This document shows positions 1-8,575 of a DNA stretch of 36,346 nt, one piece after another (the stretch's first letter is position 1; each line of letters starts with the position of its first letter). Both the position numbers and the translations under genes were made by a program. A model generated the notes under the pieces. The model did no database searches, was not told where the DNA came from, and saw nothing but the letters and a program-made list of their open reading frames with translations. Source of the DNA: Fimbriimonadia bacterium (GTDB taxonomy: Bacteria > Armatimonadota > Fimbriimonadia > Fimbriimonadales > JABRVX01); the NCBI GenBank assembly GCA_041483895.1, contig JBGPGO010000026.1, positions 1 through 36,346 of the forward strand. The letters are read 5' to 3'.

Positions 1-82
1 CGGCCCTGTTGGCACCAACCTGCCGCATCAACCTAACCAATTCTTCTCGTTGCAGTTCCACCGTCGATTTCCTCCATGGCAT
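1..82 (-). CDS. IS481-family transposase, N-terminal fragment (partial)
   Basis: ATG at 82 gives MPWRKSTVELQREELVRLMRQVGANRA, matching the MPW...QR.E.V.L...GAN start typical of IS481 transposases. Not in the ORF track. Confidence 0.75.
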   Translation of the reverse strand, partial: MPWRKSTVELQREELVRLMRQVGANRA

Positions 83-141
83 ACCTCCATTGTGTCAACG
101 ATGTCTCCGAACATGTGTCAACGATCTATCCAGTCTGAACA
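1..141 (-). mobile_element. Left end of an IS481-family insertion sequence (continues beyond window start)
   Basis: Minus strand begins TGTTCAGACTGGATAGATCGTTGACAC (5'-TGT end). Two 12-bp direct repeats tgtgtcaacgat at 91-102 and 114-125, followed by a transposase-like N-terminus. Confidence 0.75.
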
Positions 142-168
142 CTTGCGGGGGAGGGTTAGGGTGGGGGG
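142..168 (-). repeat. Half REP-like element (family A), truncated at the IS end
   Basis: cttgcgggggagggttagggtgggggg matches the right half of the intact copies at 19976-20012 and 20068-20104. Confidence 0.75.
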
Positions 169-174
169 AATTGC

Positions 175-239
175 GTGTTGGGGTCTGTGGGATTTTGCGA
201 TTAGATTGGCTACGGCCGGCGAGGACCCCAACACATCGG
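175..239. repeat. Palindromic element, family B
   Basis: Arms gtgttggggtc / gaccccaacac. The internal cggcgaggacccc..cacatcgg is the reverse complement of the 20017-20324 repeat unit. Confidence 0.6.
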
Positions 240-245
240 TAGGTT

Positions 246-299
246 GTCGCATAGGTCGCATAGGTCGTATAGGTCCAATATGCCCTATACGACCTATGC
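246..299. repeat. Short 9-bp tandem repeat with inverted copies
   Basis: gtcgcatag/gtcgtatag x3, followed by the reverse-complement cctatacgacctatgc. Confidence 0.7.
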
Positions 300-335
300 T
301 TCAATTGCAGCCAGCCATAGCGCGGAGCTGCGTGA

Positions 336-941
336 TCAGTGTTCATCTAGCGGGGCTAACCAGGCCCGGAGGATCGCTCGCTCCCGCCGACCTTGCAGCC
401 TTGTATCCCACACGAGCCATGCGGCGTACACGAAGGCAGGCAGGAGTGAATAGTACTCCAGCCCTCCAAGGTTGCTGCTAAGGGTAAACATCGAAAAGTG
501 AGACGGCATATAACTAGGTCGGTAGAGATACCACTTGATGGCGAAATAAAGATGAAAGTACAGCCAGATGCCGAACCCGCCGAAGGACAATCGGTACAAC
601 GAGTCCCTCACGGCGTCATTAATTGCCGGCACAGTAACGGCCGGCTTTTCCGAGACCTTTGCCACATCGGCCATTCGGGCAAGGCGGCCCTGGTGGCGGA
701 GCAGCGGGTAGATGGTCGCCGCCGCCAGGACGCCGGCAAATTTTGACAAGATTCCGATCGCCCCGACAAAGAAGGCTACCGGGCCATCAGCATTTACGGT
801 CTGAATGATGAAGAGGCCCTCAAGCATGCGACAGGTGAAAAATATCGCGATCCCGGCAATAGACATCCTCACCATAAACCTCACATTGGCTCGGTTGTAT
901 AGCCGCATGAGATCGATGTCTGGCCGGGAAATCGTCGGCAA
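336..941 (-). CDS. Hypothetical integral membrane protein
   Basis: 201-aa ORF with about 4 hydrophobic segments. It starts 2 nt after the upstream stop. Confidence 0.6.
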   Translation of the reverse strand: MPTISRPDIDLMRLYNRANVRFMVRMSIAGIAIFFTCRMLEGLFIIQTVNADGPVAFFVGAIGILSKFAGVLAAATIYPLLRHQGRLARMADVAKVSEKPAVTVPAINDAVRDSLYRLSFGGFGIWLYFHLYFAIKWYLYRPSYMPSHFSMFTLSSNLGGLEYYSLLPAFVYAAWLVWDTRLQGRRERAILRAWLAPLDEH

Positions 942-943
942 GC

Positions 944-1201
944 CTAGCTCAGCTCCTTGATGGCGGATTGAACTTCGCGGGTGGTCCGTTGATCCTCGGC
1001 GACGGCCGCAAACAGAACCGCGAGCGCGCCACCACCAAATACCAGCAACTCCGTCAGTACTTCATGAATCACGGGCCAACGGGTTGCATACCAGGACGGG
1101 GGAAAAGTCACAAATTGGAGACCGATGATATTCCAAGCGATGCCGAAGGCGCATACGACGAGCGACCACTTGGAGGCGGCCGTCAATCTATCTTCATTCA
1201 T
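944..1201 (-). CDS. Small hypothetical membrane protein (2 TM)
   Basis: ATG at 1201 overlaps the upstream TGA (ATGA). Two hydrophobic stretches. Confidence 0.6.
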   Translation of the reverse strand: MNEDRLTAASKWSLVVCAFGIAWNIIGLQFVTFPPSWYATRWPVIHEVLTELLVFGGGALAVLFAAVAEDQRTTREVQSAIKELS

Positions 1202-1860
1202 ATTCTTTCCTGAATGGCCGACAAGATGAGCAGAATGAACCAAATGCCCGCCACCTCTGTGAAGTTACGGCGCGCCGAGTACAACGCCGCAACCAGAAAT
1301 CCAATCCATATCGCTCCAGCGAGTTCGTCCACGGATCGAGGAAACCACGTCACGGCGAATGTGGCGGCCGACCCCACAACGCACCATCGCCAATCCAGCC
1401 CCATCGATTCCAAAGAATCAAGCAGGTAGGCATGATAAAACGCCGCGATCGCGACCGAGTACACCATAGCCTGGATCACCAACAATAAGGTCAGATGCTG
1501 CCAGTCAAATCGAGGATAGATGGTGGACTGACAGATCAACCCGGCAACGATGGCCATAGCGAACAACGAGGTCGGTGACAATCGGAACTGAATGTCCACC
1601 TTGCGATTTTTCCGTGCCAGTTGAATTGAGGCGATAGCCACGACGGCGGCATAGGCGGCGAGCAAGATTCGCTGGGCTAGCTTCGAAGCATGCGCGTCGA
1701 GCCAATCTGGCCAGATCCAGTAGAAAGCGATACTGTACAGCAGGATCGGACCAACCAAGAACGCGGAGTTGCGGGCGATGGCGCGGGTGGCGCGCCGCCT
1801 CTCCGTTGGTTCCGGCTTTTGGACCGGTTCGGACCAAAGCGATTCCCATGTGATCGCCAT
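1198..1860 (-). CDS. Hypothetical multi-pass membrane protein
   Basis: 220 aa with about 7 hydrophobic segments. First gene of a three-gene coupled cluster. Confidence 0.65.
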   Translation of the reverse strand: MAITWESLWSEPVQKPEPTERRRATRAIARNSAFLVGPILLYSIAFYWIWPDWLDAHASKLAQRILLAAYAAVVAIASIQLARKNRKVDIQFRLSPTSLFAMAIVAGLICQSTIYPRFDWQHLTLLLVIQAMVYSVAIAAFYHAYLLDSLESMGLDWRWCVVGSAATFAVTWFPRSVDELAGAIWIGFLVAALYSARRNFTEVAGIWFILLILSAIQERI

Positions 1861-1957
1861 TGTTACCCATATTACCGCCCGGCGGCGGCACCTGTTGCAG
1901 AATTGTAGTAGACAGCGGCGGAATGCAAGCTAAAGCGTGCGGCTACCGTTGCGGCGG

Positions 1958-2683
1958 CTACCGCTGGATTTGGTTCCATTTGCGCGGGATGGCGGCGGCG
2001 CATGGCTGGGATTTGCGCAGAACCGGATAGCGGAGGTGATCGAGGGCCTCCACGCGTTCGAGTGTCAGGCCGAGCCGATCAAGATCGATTTCAAAGGATT
2101 CGTCCGATTCTGTCCGATGCGGGATCGCGCAGCCGCCGACGGAGACGAATCCTGCCATCAACTCGGCGGCAATCTCGAACCGGCCGACCGCGCGGCAGAC
2201 GACGAGGGCATACTTCTCCCGATGCTCCGGCTGGTGCGCCACCTCTTCCGCCCGCCCATGCACAATGGAGACACCGGAAAGCCCCAGCTTCTCGATCGCC
2301 TTCGCCACAAATTCCAGCGTCTTGCCATGCGAATCCAAGAGCGTGATCGGCACGTCCGGGAACAGAATCTTGATGGGAAGGCCGGGGAATCCGGGCCCGC
2401 AGCCGATGTCAATGATTGGACTGGAAGGCCGAAAGCTGTCATTCCAAGCTTGCGAGGAATCTGGTTCCGGTTGAGAATTCGTCTGTGAGGGCAAATTCCT
2501 CGCAAGCTCGGAATGACAAAGCGCCCAAATCGGATGCAGCGACTCCCAAAAGTGCCTCTCCATAAACTGCTCCCTCGGCACGCGCGTCAGGTTTTGGCGA
2601 GCGTTAACCTCGTACAACAGGCGCTCCAACATGGCCGCCCTATCACGCGCCAAAGCATCCAATTCGGGCAAGGTCCAGGTCAC
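1958..2683 (-). CDS. rsmG: 16S rRNA m7G527 methyltransferase RsmG with an in-frame palindromic insertion
   Basis: Motifs N..QNLTR, RHFWESL, IDIGCGPGFPGLP, RAEE, CRAV. Start is GTG 2683 (preferred) or ATG 2707. Confidence 0.9.
   Translation of the reverse strand: MTWTLPELDALARDRAAMLERLLYEVNARQNLTRVPREQFMERHFWESLHPIWALCHSELARNLPSQTNSQPEPDSSQAWNDSFRPSSPIIDIGCGPGFPGLPIKILFPDVPITLLDSHGKTLEFVAKAIEKLGLSGVSIVHGRAEEVAHQPEHREKYALVVCRAVGRFEIAAELMAGFVSVGGCAIPHRTESDESFEIDLDRLGLTLERVEALDHLRYPVLRKSQPCAAAIPRKWNQIQR
2437..2518. repeat. 82-bp RPE-like palindromic element inside rsmG
   Basis: 26-bp arms tgtcattccaagcttgcgaggaatct / aaattcctcgcaagctcggaatgaca with 2 mismatches. Confidence 0.85.
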
Positions 2684-2698
2684 CGGGCCGTTGTACCG

Positions 2699-2704
2699 TA
2701 TAAT
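2699..2704 (+). promoter_or_regulatory. -10 box TATAAT for a likely leaderless trpD transcript
   Basis: Perfect TATAAT 6 nt before ATG 2711, with no SD sequence. Confidence 0.6.
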
Positions 2705-2710
2705 CATCCT

Positions 2711-3733
2711 ATGCCAGACCTGCCCGATTTTCTAGCCACCGTCGTAGAAGGCCAAGACCTCACCATCGAACAGGCCAAGGATGCAATGGGGCTGATCATG
2801 GACGGCGCAGCCACCCCCGCCCAGATCGCCGGCTTCCTGGTCGCCCTGCGCATGAAGGAAGAGACGGCGGACGAGATCGCCGGCTTCGCCCTGGCGATGC
2901 GCTCGCGTGTGACGCCCGTCCATTCCAGTCGCCCAAATCTGGTGGACACCTGCGGCACGGGCGGCGACCTGTTCAAGACCTTTAATATCTCAACCGCCGC
3001 AGCGTTCATCGCCGCCGGGGCCGGGGCCGCCATCGCCAAGCACGGCAACCGCGCGATGAGCAGCGCGTGCGGCAGCGCGGACGTTCTGGAAGCCCTCGGA
3101 GCAAAGATCGACCTGACGCCGGAACAGGCCGGGCGCGCCTTGGACGAGGTCGGCATCGCGTTCCTTTTCGCCCCCACTCACCATCCGGCCATGCGCCACG
3201 CCGGACCGGTGCGAAAGGAGCTGCGATTGCGGACGGTGTTCAACATCCTCGGCCCGCTCTGCAACCCGGCCGACACCAAGCGGCAGGTCATTGGCGTCTA
3301 CGATGTGACCCTGGTCCCGTTGGTGGCCGCGGCGCTGGCGAAACTGGGATGCGAGCGCGGGATTGTGGTGCATGGGGAACCGGAGATCGATGAGGTGTCC
3401 GCATTTGGATCGACCTCCTATGCGATGGTGGAAGGAACGCACGTCCGGCTGGGCCTTTCCACATACCACGAGTTGGGATTGGAGCATGTGGCACCGGAAT
3501 CGGTGGCGGCTGGGGACGACCCGGCGGCGAACGCCGTGATGCTGCGATCGGCGGTTTCCGATCCCGGCAGTCCCTTTTGCCACGCGGCGCTGGGGACAGC
3601 CGGCGCGGCTCTGTGGGCTGCCGGCGAAAAAGATATACAGACCGGCGTTGAGATCGCGCGCCAATCGGTTGCGAGCGGGGCGGCGAAGGCCAAGCTGGAG
3701 GAGTACATTCGATTCACCCATGAATCTGCTTGA
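2711..3733 (+). CDS. trpD: Anthranilate phosphoribosyltransferase
   Basis: Motifs DTCGTGGD, TFNISTAAA, KHGNRAMSSACGSADVLEALG, RTVFNILGPL. Start is MPDL at 2711. Confidence 0.97.
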   Translation: MPDLPDFLATVVEGQDLTIEQAKDAMGLIMDGAATPAQIAGFLVALRMKEETADEIAGFALAMRSRVTPVHSSRPNLVDTCGTGGDLFKTFNISTAAAFIAAGAGAAIAKHGNRAMSSACGSADVLEALGAKIDLTPEQAGRALDEVGIAFLFAPTHHPAMRHAGPVRKELRLRTVFNILGPLCNPADTKRQVIGVYDVTLVPLVAAALAKLGCERGIVVHGEPEIDEVSAFGSTSYAMVEGTHVRLGLSTYHELGLEHVAPESVAAGDDPAANAVMLRSAVSDPGSPFCHAALGTAGAALWAAGEKDIQTGVEIARQSVASGAAKAKLEEYIRFTHESA

Positions 3734-4505
3734 GACCATTCTCGAAAAGAAGCGGCAGGAGATTGCCGATGCCTGCGCAAAAACCCCCTTGCCGCAATTG
3801 ATCGAAGCTGCAATGAGGACAGCGCCTCCGCGAGGATTTCTCACCGCGCTGGAATGCGCGACGGGAATGGCATTGATCGCCGAAATCAAAAAGGCTTCCC
3901 CGTCTCGCGGTGTGATTCGGGAGGATTTCGATCCGGTGGAACTGGCCAAAGCCTATCAGCGCGGCGGGGCGACTTGCCTCAGCGTCCTCACGGATGAGCA
4001 GTTTTTTCAGGGCCTTCTCGACTATCTGCGAGCCATTCGAAAAGCCGTCGAACTGCCCCTGTTGCGCAAGGATTTTCTCATCGATGCATACCAAATTGTG
4101 GAGGCGCGGGTGGCGGGGGCCGATGCCGTCTTGCTCATTGTCAGGGCTTTGGATAGCGATGCCGAGAAAATCAAGGCGCTGGCCAATGTTGCCGATGATT
4201 GGGGGATGGACGCGCTTGTGGAAGTGCATGACGGTGCGGAGATGGACGTTGCAATCGAGGCCGGCGCGCGTCTGATCGGCATCAACAATCGCGACCTAAC
4301 CAGTTTTGAGACGGATTTGGCGGTGACAGAACGGTTGGGATCGATGGCCGAGGAAGAGACGTTGCTAGTCAGCGAAAGCGGGATCTTTTCGCATTCCGAC
4401 GTCGAGCGGGTCCGAATGGCGGGCGCGCGGGCCGTTTTGGTCGGTGAATCCCTGATGAAAGAAGACGATGTCGAGGAAGCGACGCGACGGTTGATGTCAG
4501 CATGA
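3720..4505 (+). CDS. trpC: Indole-3-glycerol phosphate synthase
   Basis: Motifs IAEIKKASPSRG, SVLTD, LRKDF, GINNRDL, VSESGI. Start is MNLLE, overlapping trpD. Confidence 0.97.
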   Translation: MNLLETILEKKRQEIADACAKTPLPQLIEAAMRTAPPRGFLTALECATGMALIAEIKKASPSRGVIREDFDPVELAKAYQRGGATCLSVLTDEQFFQGLLDYLRAIRKAVELPLLRKDFLIDAYQIVEARVAGADAVLLIVRALDSDAEKIKALANVADDWGMDALVEVHDGAEMDVAIEAGARLIGINNRDLTSFETDLAVTERLGSMAEEETLLVSESGIFSHSDVERVRMAGARAVLVGESLMKEDDVEEATRRLMSA

Positions 4506-5098
4506 CCCGAGTGAAGATTTGCGGCATCACCCGGCTCGTAGACGCGATCGCCGCGATTGAGTTTGGCGCGGACGCGTTGGGGTTCGTTCTCGAGCGCTCC
4601 AGCCCGCGATACATCGGCGATAATCCCGAAGCAATGGAGATACCGTTCCAACTGCCGCCATTCATTCAGACGATCGCCGTATTTGGTCACGCCGATCCGG
4701 AGCGCGATCTATCCGAATTCGATGCGGTTCAGTGCATTTCCGCAGACCATCTGGTCTCCAAACGTCTGATCTATGTGATTCGACCGACCGGACCGGAGTC
4801 GATCGAAGAGGCGATTCGCGCGCAGACGCAAGCCGACGCGATCTTGGTAGACGCGTTTCACCCGAACAAGCTCGGCGGCGCGGGAATTGTGGCGAATTGG
4901 GAATTGGCCGCGCAGATTCGGGAATCTGTGGAACTGCCCGTCATTCTGGCCGGCGGCCTTACGCCGGAGAATGTTTGCGATGCGATCCGTGCGGTGCGGC
5001 CCTATGCGGTGGATGTGTCGAGCGGCGTGGAATCCGAGCCGGGGATCAAGGACCACGTCAAGCTGCGGGCGTTTATCGAGGCGGCAAGAAGTTTGTAA
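4502..5098 (+). CDS. trpF: Phosphoribosylanthranilate isomerase
   Basis: Motifs VKICGIT, GADALGF, ILAGGLTPENV, VDVSSGVE. ATGA overlap with trpC. Confidence 0.97.
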   Translation: MTRVKICGITRLVDAIAAIEFGADALGFVLERSSPRYIGDNPEAMEIPFQLPPFIQTIAVFGHADPERDLSEFDAVQCISADHLVSKRLIYVIRPTGPESIEEAIRAQTQADAILVDAFHPNKLGGAGIVANWELAAQIRESVELPVILAGGLTPENVCDAIRAVRPYAVDVSSGVESEPGIKDHVKLRAFIEAARSL

Positions 5099-5113
5099 TC
5101 GAGACGTTTTCCA

Positions 5114-5167
5114 ACCCCCACCCAACCCTCCCCCTTTTCCAGGCTGCCGCCTGGAAAAGGGGGAGGG
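5114..5167 (+). repeat. REP-like palindrome (family A, long stem) between convergent genes
   Basis: acccccacccaa head plus a 19-bp perfect stem ccctcccccttttccaggc/gcctggaaaagggggaggg. Near-identical to 10141-10194. Confidence 0.85.
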
Positions 5168-5179
5168 CTTTATCGTCCT

Positions 5180-6139
5180 TTACTTCGGCGGCGCCACTTT
5201 CTTAAAATCCTTCACCAACACCTTGAAAATATCCCGCTGCTCGTTGTTGATTAACAACGTGTTGTTATCCACAAAACAGACGCCCTCGCATTGACGCCCA
5301 CCTGTAAAAGCCAACCTCCGAACGGTGGACGACAAAAAGTGATCCCCGGTTTTCGGTGTGTCGAAAATCCACACGGACTGGGTCGGGAACTGGCATAGCA
5401 CTGCCAGCATCTTCCCGTCCGGCGATAGGCTCGCGTCCGTCACCCACCCGCCCAGACTCTTCACTTCCTGTATCTTCGTCAGCACGTTCACCCGGTCCGT
5501 GTCCATGCTGTCGAGCCGATACAGTTTCGTTCCGGGTTCCGGGATGCCGATCTGTCCTCCGGCGCGGTGCTTTGTCAAAAAATACAGCTTGTGTCTAAAG
5601 ACGACGACCGATTCACAGTCGAAGTGCCAGACCTTGCCGGGGAATTCGGTCTGGTCGGGATATGCGATCGGAATCCACCGCAGCGCCCTCGTCTTGTCCG
5701 TCTCGAACGGGTTCGGCTCCTTGACCACATACACCCCCAAATCCCTGCGCCCGTTCCCATTGTTGCCCATGTCGCCTATATACAAAGTGTCGCCGTCGCG
5801 CGTTATCTCCTCCCAATCGTGGTTTGCCGCCAGCTCGACGGGGATTCCGGGATAGACCTTTCCTTCCTCCTTCATCCATTTCGGCACGATCACTTCACCC
5901 TTTGCATGGATGGCGAAGATGCGGGCGGTGTCTCCGCTGTCGTTGAAAACCCAATAAGCGTCGGGATACCGATGACTTTTTATGATGCCGCTCATCTCTT
6001 CGATGGGAGGATGGGTAACCTTGCCGAAAGGAGTCAGTTTTTTCGGTGACTGTTGGGCCGGCGGCGCGTAGATAAGGAATAAGGTAATGGCCAACGCAAG
6101 GAGCTTGCTCTTCCACATGCGTCCGCATTCGCCGGGCAT
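5180..6139 (-). CDS. Secreted putative beta-propeller protein
   Basis: Signal peptide and motifs EMSG, NDSGD, DWEEI, IGDMGNN, DCES, QCEG. Start may be ATG 6118. Confidence 0.75.
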   Translation of the reverse strand: MPGECGRMWKSKLLALAITLFLIYAPPAQQSPKKLTPFGKVTHPPIEEMSGIIKSHRYPDAYWVFNDSGDTARIFAIHAKGEVIVPKWMKEEGKVYPGIPVELAANHDWEEITRDGDTLYIGDMGNNGNGRRDLGVYVVKEPNPFETDKTRALRWIPIAYPDQTEFPGKVWHFDCESVVVFRHKLYFLTKHRAGGQIGIPEPGTKLYRLDSMDTDRVNVLTKIQEVKSLGGWVTDASLSPDGKMLAVLCQFPTQSVWIFDTPKTGDHFLSSTVRRLAFTGGRQCEGVCFVDNNTLLINNEQRDIFKVLVKDFKKVAPPK

Positions 6140-6165
6140 GGAGTAATCTCCTGTGGGAGGATTCG

Positions 6166-7047
6166 ATGCGAATCTTAATCGCCGGCGGAACCGGTTTTAT
6201 CGGCTCGGCGCTTTCGGCGCTCCTGATCGGCGAAGGCAATGATATCGTCGCTCTTTCGCGAAAGCCTGGTCCAAACCGATTTGTATGGCATCCCGCGACA
6301 GGGGAAATCGATGCGGACGCAATGGAGGGATTTGACATTGTCGTCCAGCTAACCGGGGAGTCTGTCGCTAGACGATGGACGGTCGATAAGAAACGCCGGA
6401 TATGGGAATCGCGCGTTGATGCCACGGCTCTGATTGCCCGGACGTTGGCCAAACTGAACCAGAAGCCACGGGCTTTCTTGAGTGCCTCCGGTATCGGTTA
6501 CTATGGCAATGGCGGCGACGCAGTTTTGACGGAAGACGGCGCCAAGGGAGTGGGCTTCCTAGCGGACCTGACGGAGGCCTGGGAGCAGGCGACGGATCCT
6601 GCTACTGAGGCGGGGATTCGAGTGGTCAAAATGCGAATCAGTCCGGTTTTCGCATCGGATGGGGGAACGCTGCCGAAGATGCTCAAGCCGTACCGGTGGT
6701 TTGTAGGAGGACGACTGGGAAGCGGCCGGCAATACATGAGCTGGATTCACTTAACGGACATGATGCGAGCGATCAAATTCCTGATTTCCCACGAAGACCT
6801 GGACGGCCCGATCAACATTACTGCTCCGAATCCGGTAACCAATGCGGCGCTGACGCGAGTGATTGCCAAGATTCTTCATCGGTCGGCGGTTCTCCCCATT
6901 CCCGTCTTCGCTCTTCGGCTTCTGTTCGGAGAGTTCGCCGACGAGGCGCTTCTTGCCAGCCAACGCGCCGTCCCACAGCGCCTGGTTGACGCCGGATTTC
7001 AGTTTCGATATCCAGATGTTGAATCGGCATTGCGGCAGGCATTGTAG
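6166..7047 (+). CDS. TIGR01777-family NAD-dependent epimerase/oxidoreductase
   Basis: Motifs ILIAGGTGFIG, SASGIGYYG, LGSGRQYMSWIH, ASQRAVPQRL..GFQF. SD ggagg. Confidence 0.92.
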   Translation: MRILIAGGTGFIGSALSALLIGEGNDIVALSRKPGPNRFVWHPATGEIDADAMEGFDIVVQLTGESVARRWTVDKKRRIWESRVDATALIARTLAKLNQKPRAFLSASGIGYYGNGGDAVLTEDGAKGVGFLADLTEAWEQATDPATEAGIRVVKMRISPVFASDGGTLPKMLKPYRWFVGGRLGSGRQYMSWIHLTDMMRAIKFLISHEDLDGPINITAPNPVTNAALTRVIAKILHRSAVLPIPVFALRLLFGEFADEALLASQRAVPQRLVDAGFQFRYPDVESALRQAL

Positions 7048-7051
7048 GTTT

Positions 7052-7193
7052 GAAACGTTGCAACGCGGGTCATGGTTGTCAACATTTGAAGGCCCCCGGA
7101 AAGACGACCCGCGCCTACAGAGAATTCGAAACGTTGCCACGCGGGTCTTGGTGGCCGGCAATTGCAGCCCTCCGGAATGACGACCCGCGGCGA
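7052..7193. repeat. Two tandem 76-bp palindromic units (family C)
   Basis: Units start gaaacgttgc.acgcgggtc at 7052 and 7128, and each is closed by gacccgcg. Confidence 0.75.
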
Positions 7194-7223
7194 CGGAGAA
7201 TTAACCATTAGGAGGTGAGGCAC

Positions 7224-7736
7224 ATGGATGTGAAAACGGCGCTCCGGGATGCAAAAACGCAGTCCGGCGAATCACTCTACGATCTTTCGAACGCGGGGCC
7301 GTTGCTGCTGGTCTTTTTGCGCCATCTGGGGTGACTTTTCTGCAAGCAGACCCTCGCCGATCTGGCCGCCGCGCGCGCTCAGATTGAGGCGGCGGGCGCC
7401 CGGGTGGCGCTCGTGCACTTGGGAAGCGACGAAAAGGCCGCAGCGCTCTTTGAAAAGTACGGCCTCGGCGATACCGCGCGCGTGAGCGACCCCACGAAAA
7501 GCCTCTACGAAGCATTCGGTCTGAAGCGCGCAAGGCCGAGCCAGATATTGGGCGCCGGAGTATTCATCCGAGGCGCGCGGGCCATGGCGGCAGGTCATCG
7601 GCAGACGGGAATAAAAGAGGACGGATATCAAATGCCGGGGGTGTTCCTCGTCCGCAACGGGGAGATTGTGCGCGAGTTTCGGCATGAATTGATTTCGGAC
7701 GGGCCGGATTACATCGCGTTAGCAAGAGGCCCGTAG
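7224..7736 (+). CDS. SelL-related/AhpC-TSA (peroxiredoxin-like 2) redox protein with in-frame UGA, a probable selenoprotein
   Basis: SD aggaggt, then ATG 7224. The frame reads ...LLLVFLRHLG-TGA(7332-7334)-LFCK and continues in frame into the 7404-7736 ORF (SDP..SLY.AFGLKR, QMPGVFLV). Confidence 0.85.
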
Positions 7737-7857
7737 CCGTGGGTCGGATTGGCTCGGGGTTATCGGCGGCCGACCACCAAGACCCACGTGATGGCCTCCC
7801 GCGTGGGTCTTGGTTATCAATCATTGGAAGGATGCGGCAATCCGACCCACGGCTACG
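7732..7857. repeat. Nested GTAG-type inverted-repeat element (family C related)
   Basis: 20-bp perfect outer IR cgtagccgtgggtcggattg / caatccgacccacggctacg, plus inner IR ccaagacccacg / cgtgggtcttgg. Confidence 0.85.
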
Positions 7858-8575
7858 AGGAACGCTGATACCCCGCTATTACGTCTGGCGTTGGGCCATC
7901 CTTCACAATTTTCCCCTCATCCAGCCATATCGTGCGGACCGCAACTCGTCCAACGGCATCCAAATCGTGGGAGACGAACAGAATGGTCCGACCGCTCTCT
8001 TGGAACTCCTCGATCTTCGCGTAGCATTTCGCCTGGAACTCCAAATCCCCAACCGCCAGAACCTCATCCACGAGCAATATCTCCGCGTCAACGTTGACGG
8101 CAATCGCGAACCCCAACCGCATCAGCATGCCGCTGGAATAGGTCCGAATCGGCGCGTCGATATACCCGTGCAGGTCAGCGAAGCTGATAATTGTGTCCAG
8201 CCGCTCCGCCACCTGCGCACGCGTAAGGCCGAGGATGACGCCGTTGAAAAAGATGTTCTCCACGCCGGTGAGATCCGGGTGGAATCCCGCTCCAAGCTCC
8301 AGCAGCGGCGCGACCCTGCCCCGCACGGAAACAGTGCCCGAGTTGGGCCGGTAGACGCGCGCAAGAATTCCCAGAAGGGTGCTCTTCCCCGCCCCGTTCT
8401 TGCCGATAACCGCCACGGTCTGACCCTGTGGAACCTCCACGTCTATTGGGCCCAGCGCGGTCAGCATCTCGGACCGGCGAGGCAGAAACGACAGCAGCAT
8501 GCCTTTCAGAGACGCAAACGCCTGATGACTGACTCGGAAATCCTTGCGTAAGCCGTGCAGCTCGATGGCGTTCAT
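7853..8575 (-). CDS. Polysaccharide/teichoic acid export ABC transporter ATP-binding protein (Wzt-like, no C-terminal carbohydrate domain)
   Basis: Motifs GKNGAGKST, LELGAGFHPDLTG.EN, YSSGM..RLGF, DEVLAVGD, VSH. ATGA overlap with the permease. Confidence 0.92.
   Translation of the reverse strand: MNAIELHGLRKDFRVSHQAFASLKGMLLSFLPRRSEMLTALGPIDVEVPQGQTVAVIGKNGAGKSTLLGILARVYRPNSGTVSVRGRVAPLLELGAGFHPDLTGVENIFFNGVILGLTRAQVAERLDTIISFADLHGYIDAPIRTYSSGMLMRLGFAIAVNVDAEILLVDEVLAVGDLEFQAKCYAKIEEFQESGRTILFVSHDLDAVGRVAVRTIWLDEGKIVKDGPTPDVIAGYQRSS

Noticed and set aside
2513..2710. N-terminal extension of TrpD
   Set aside because: It overlaps rsmG antisense, and TrpD similarity begins at ATG 2711.
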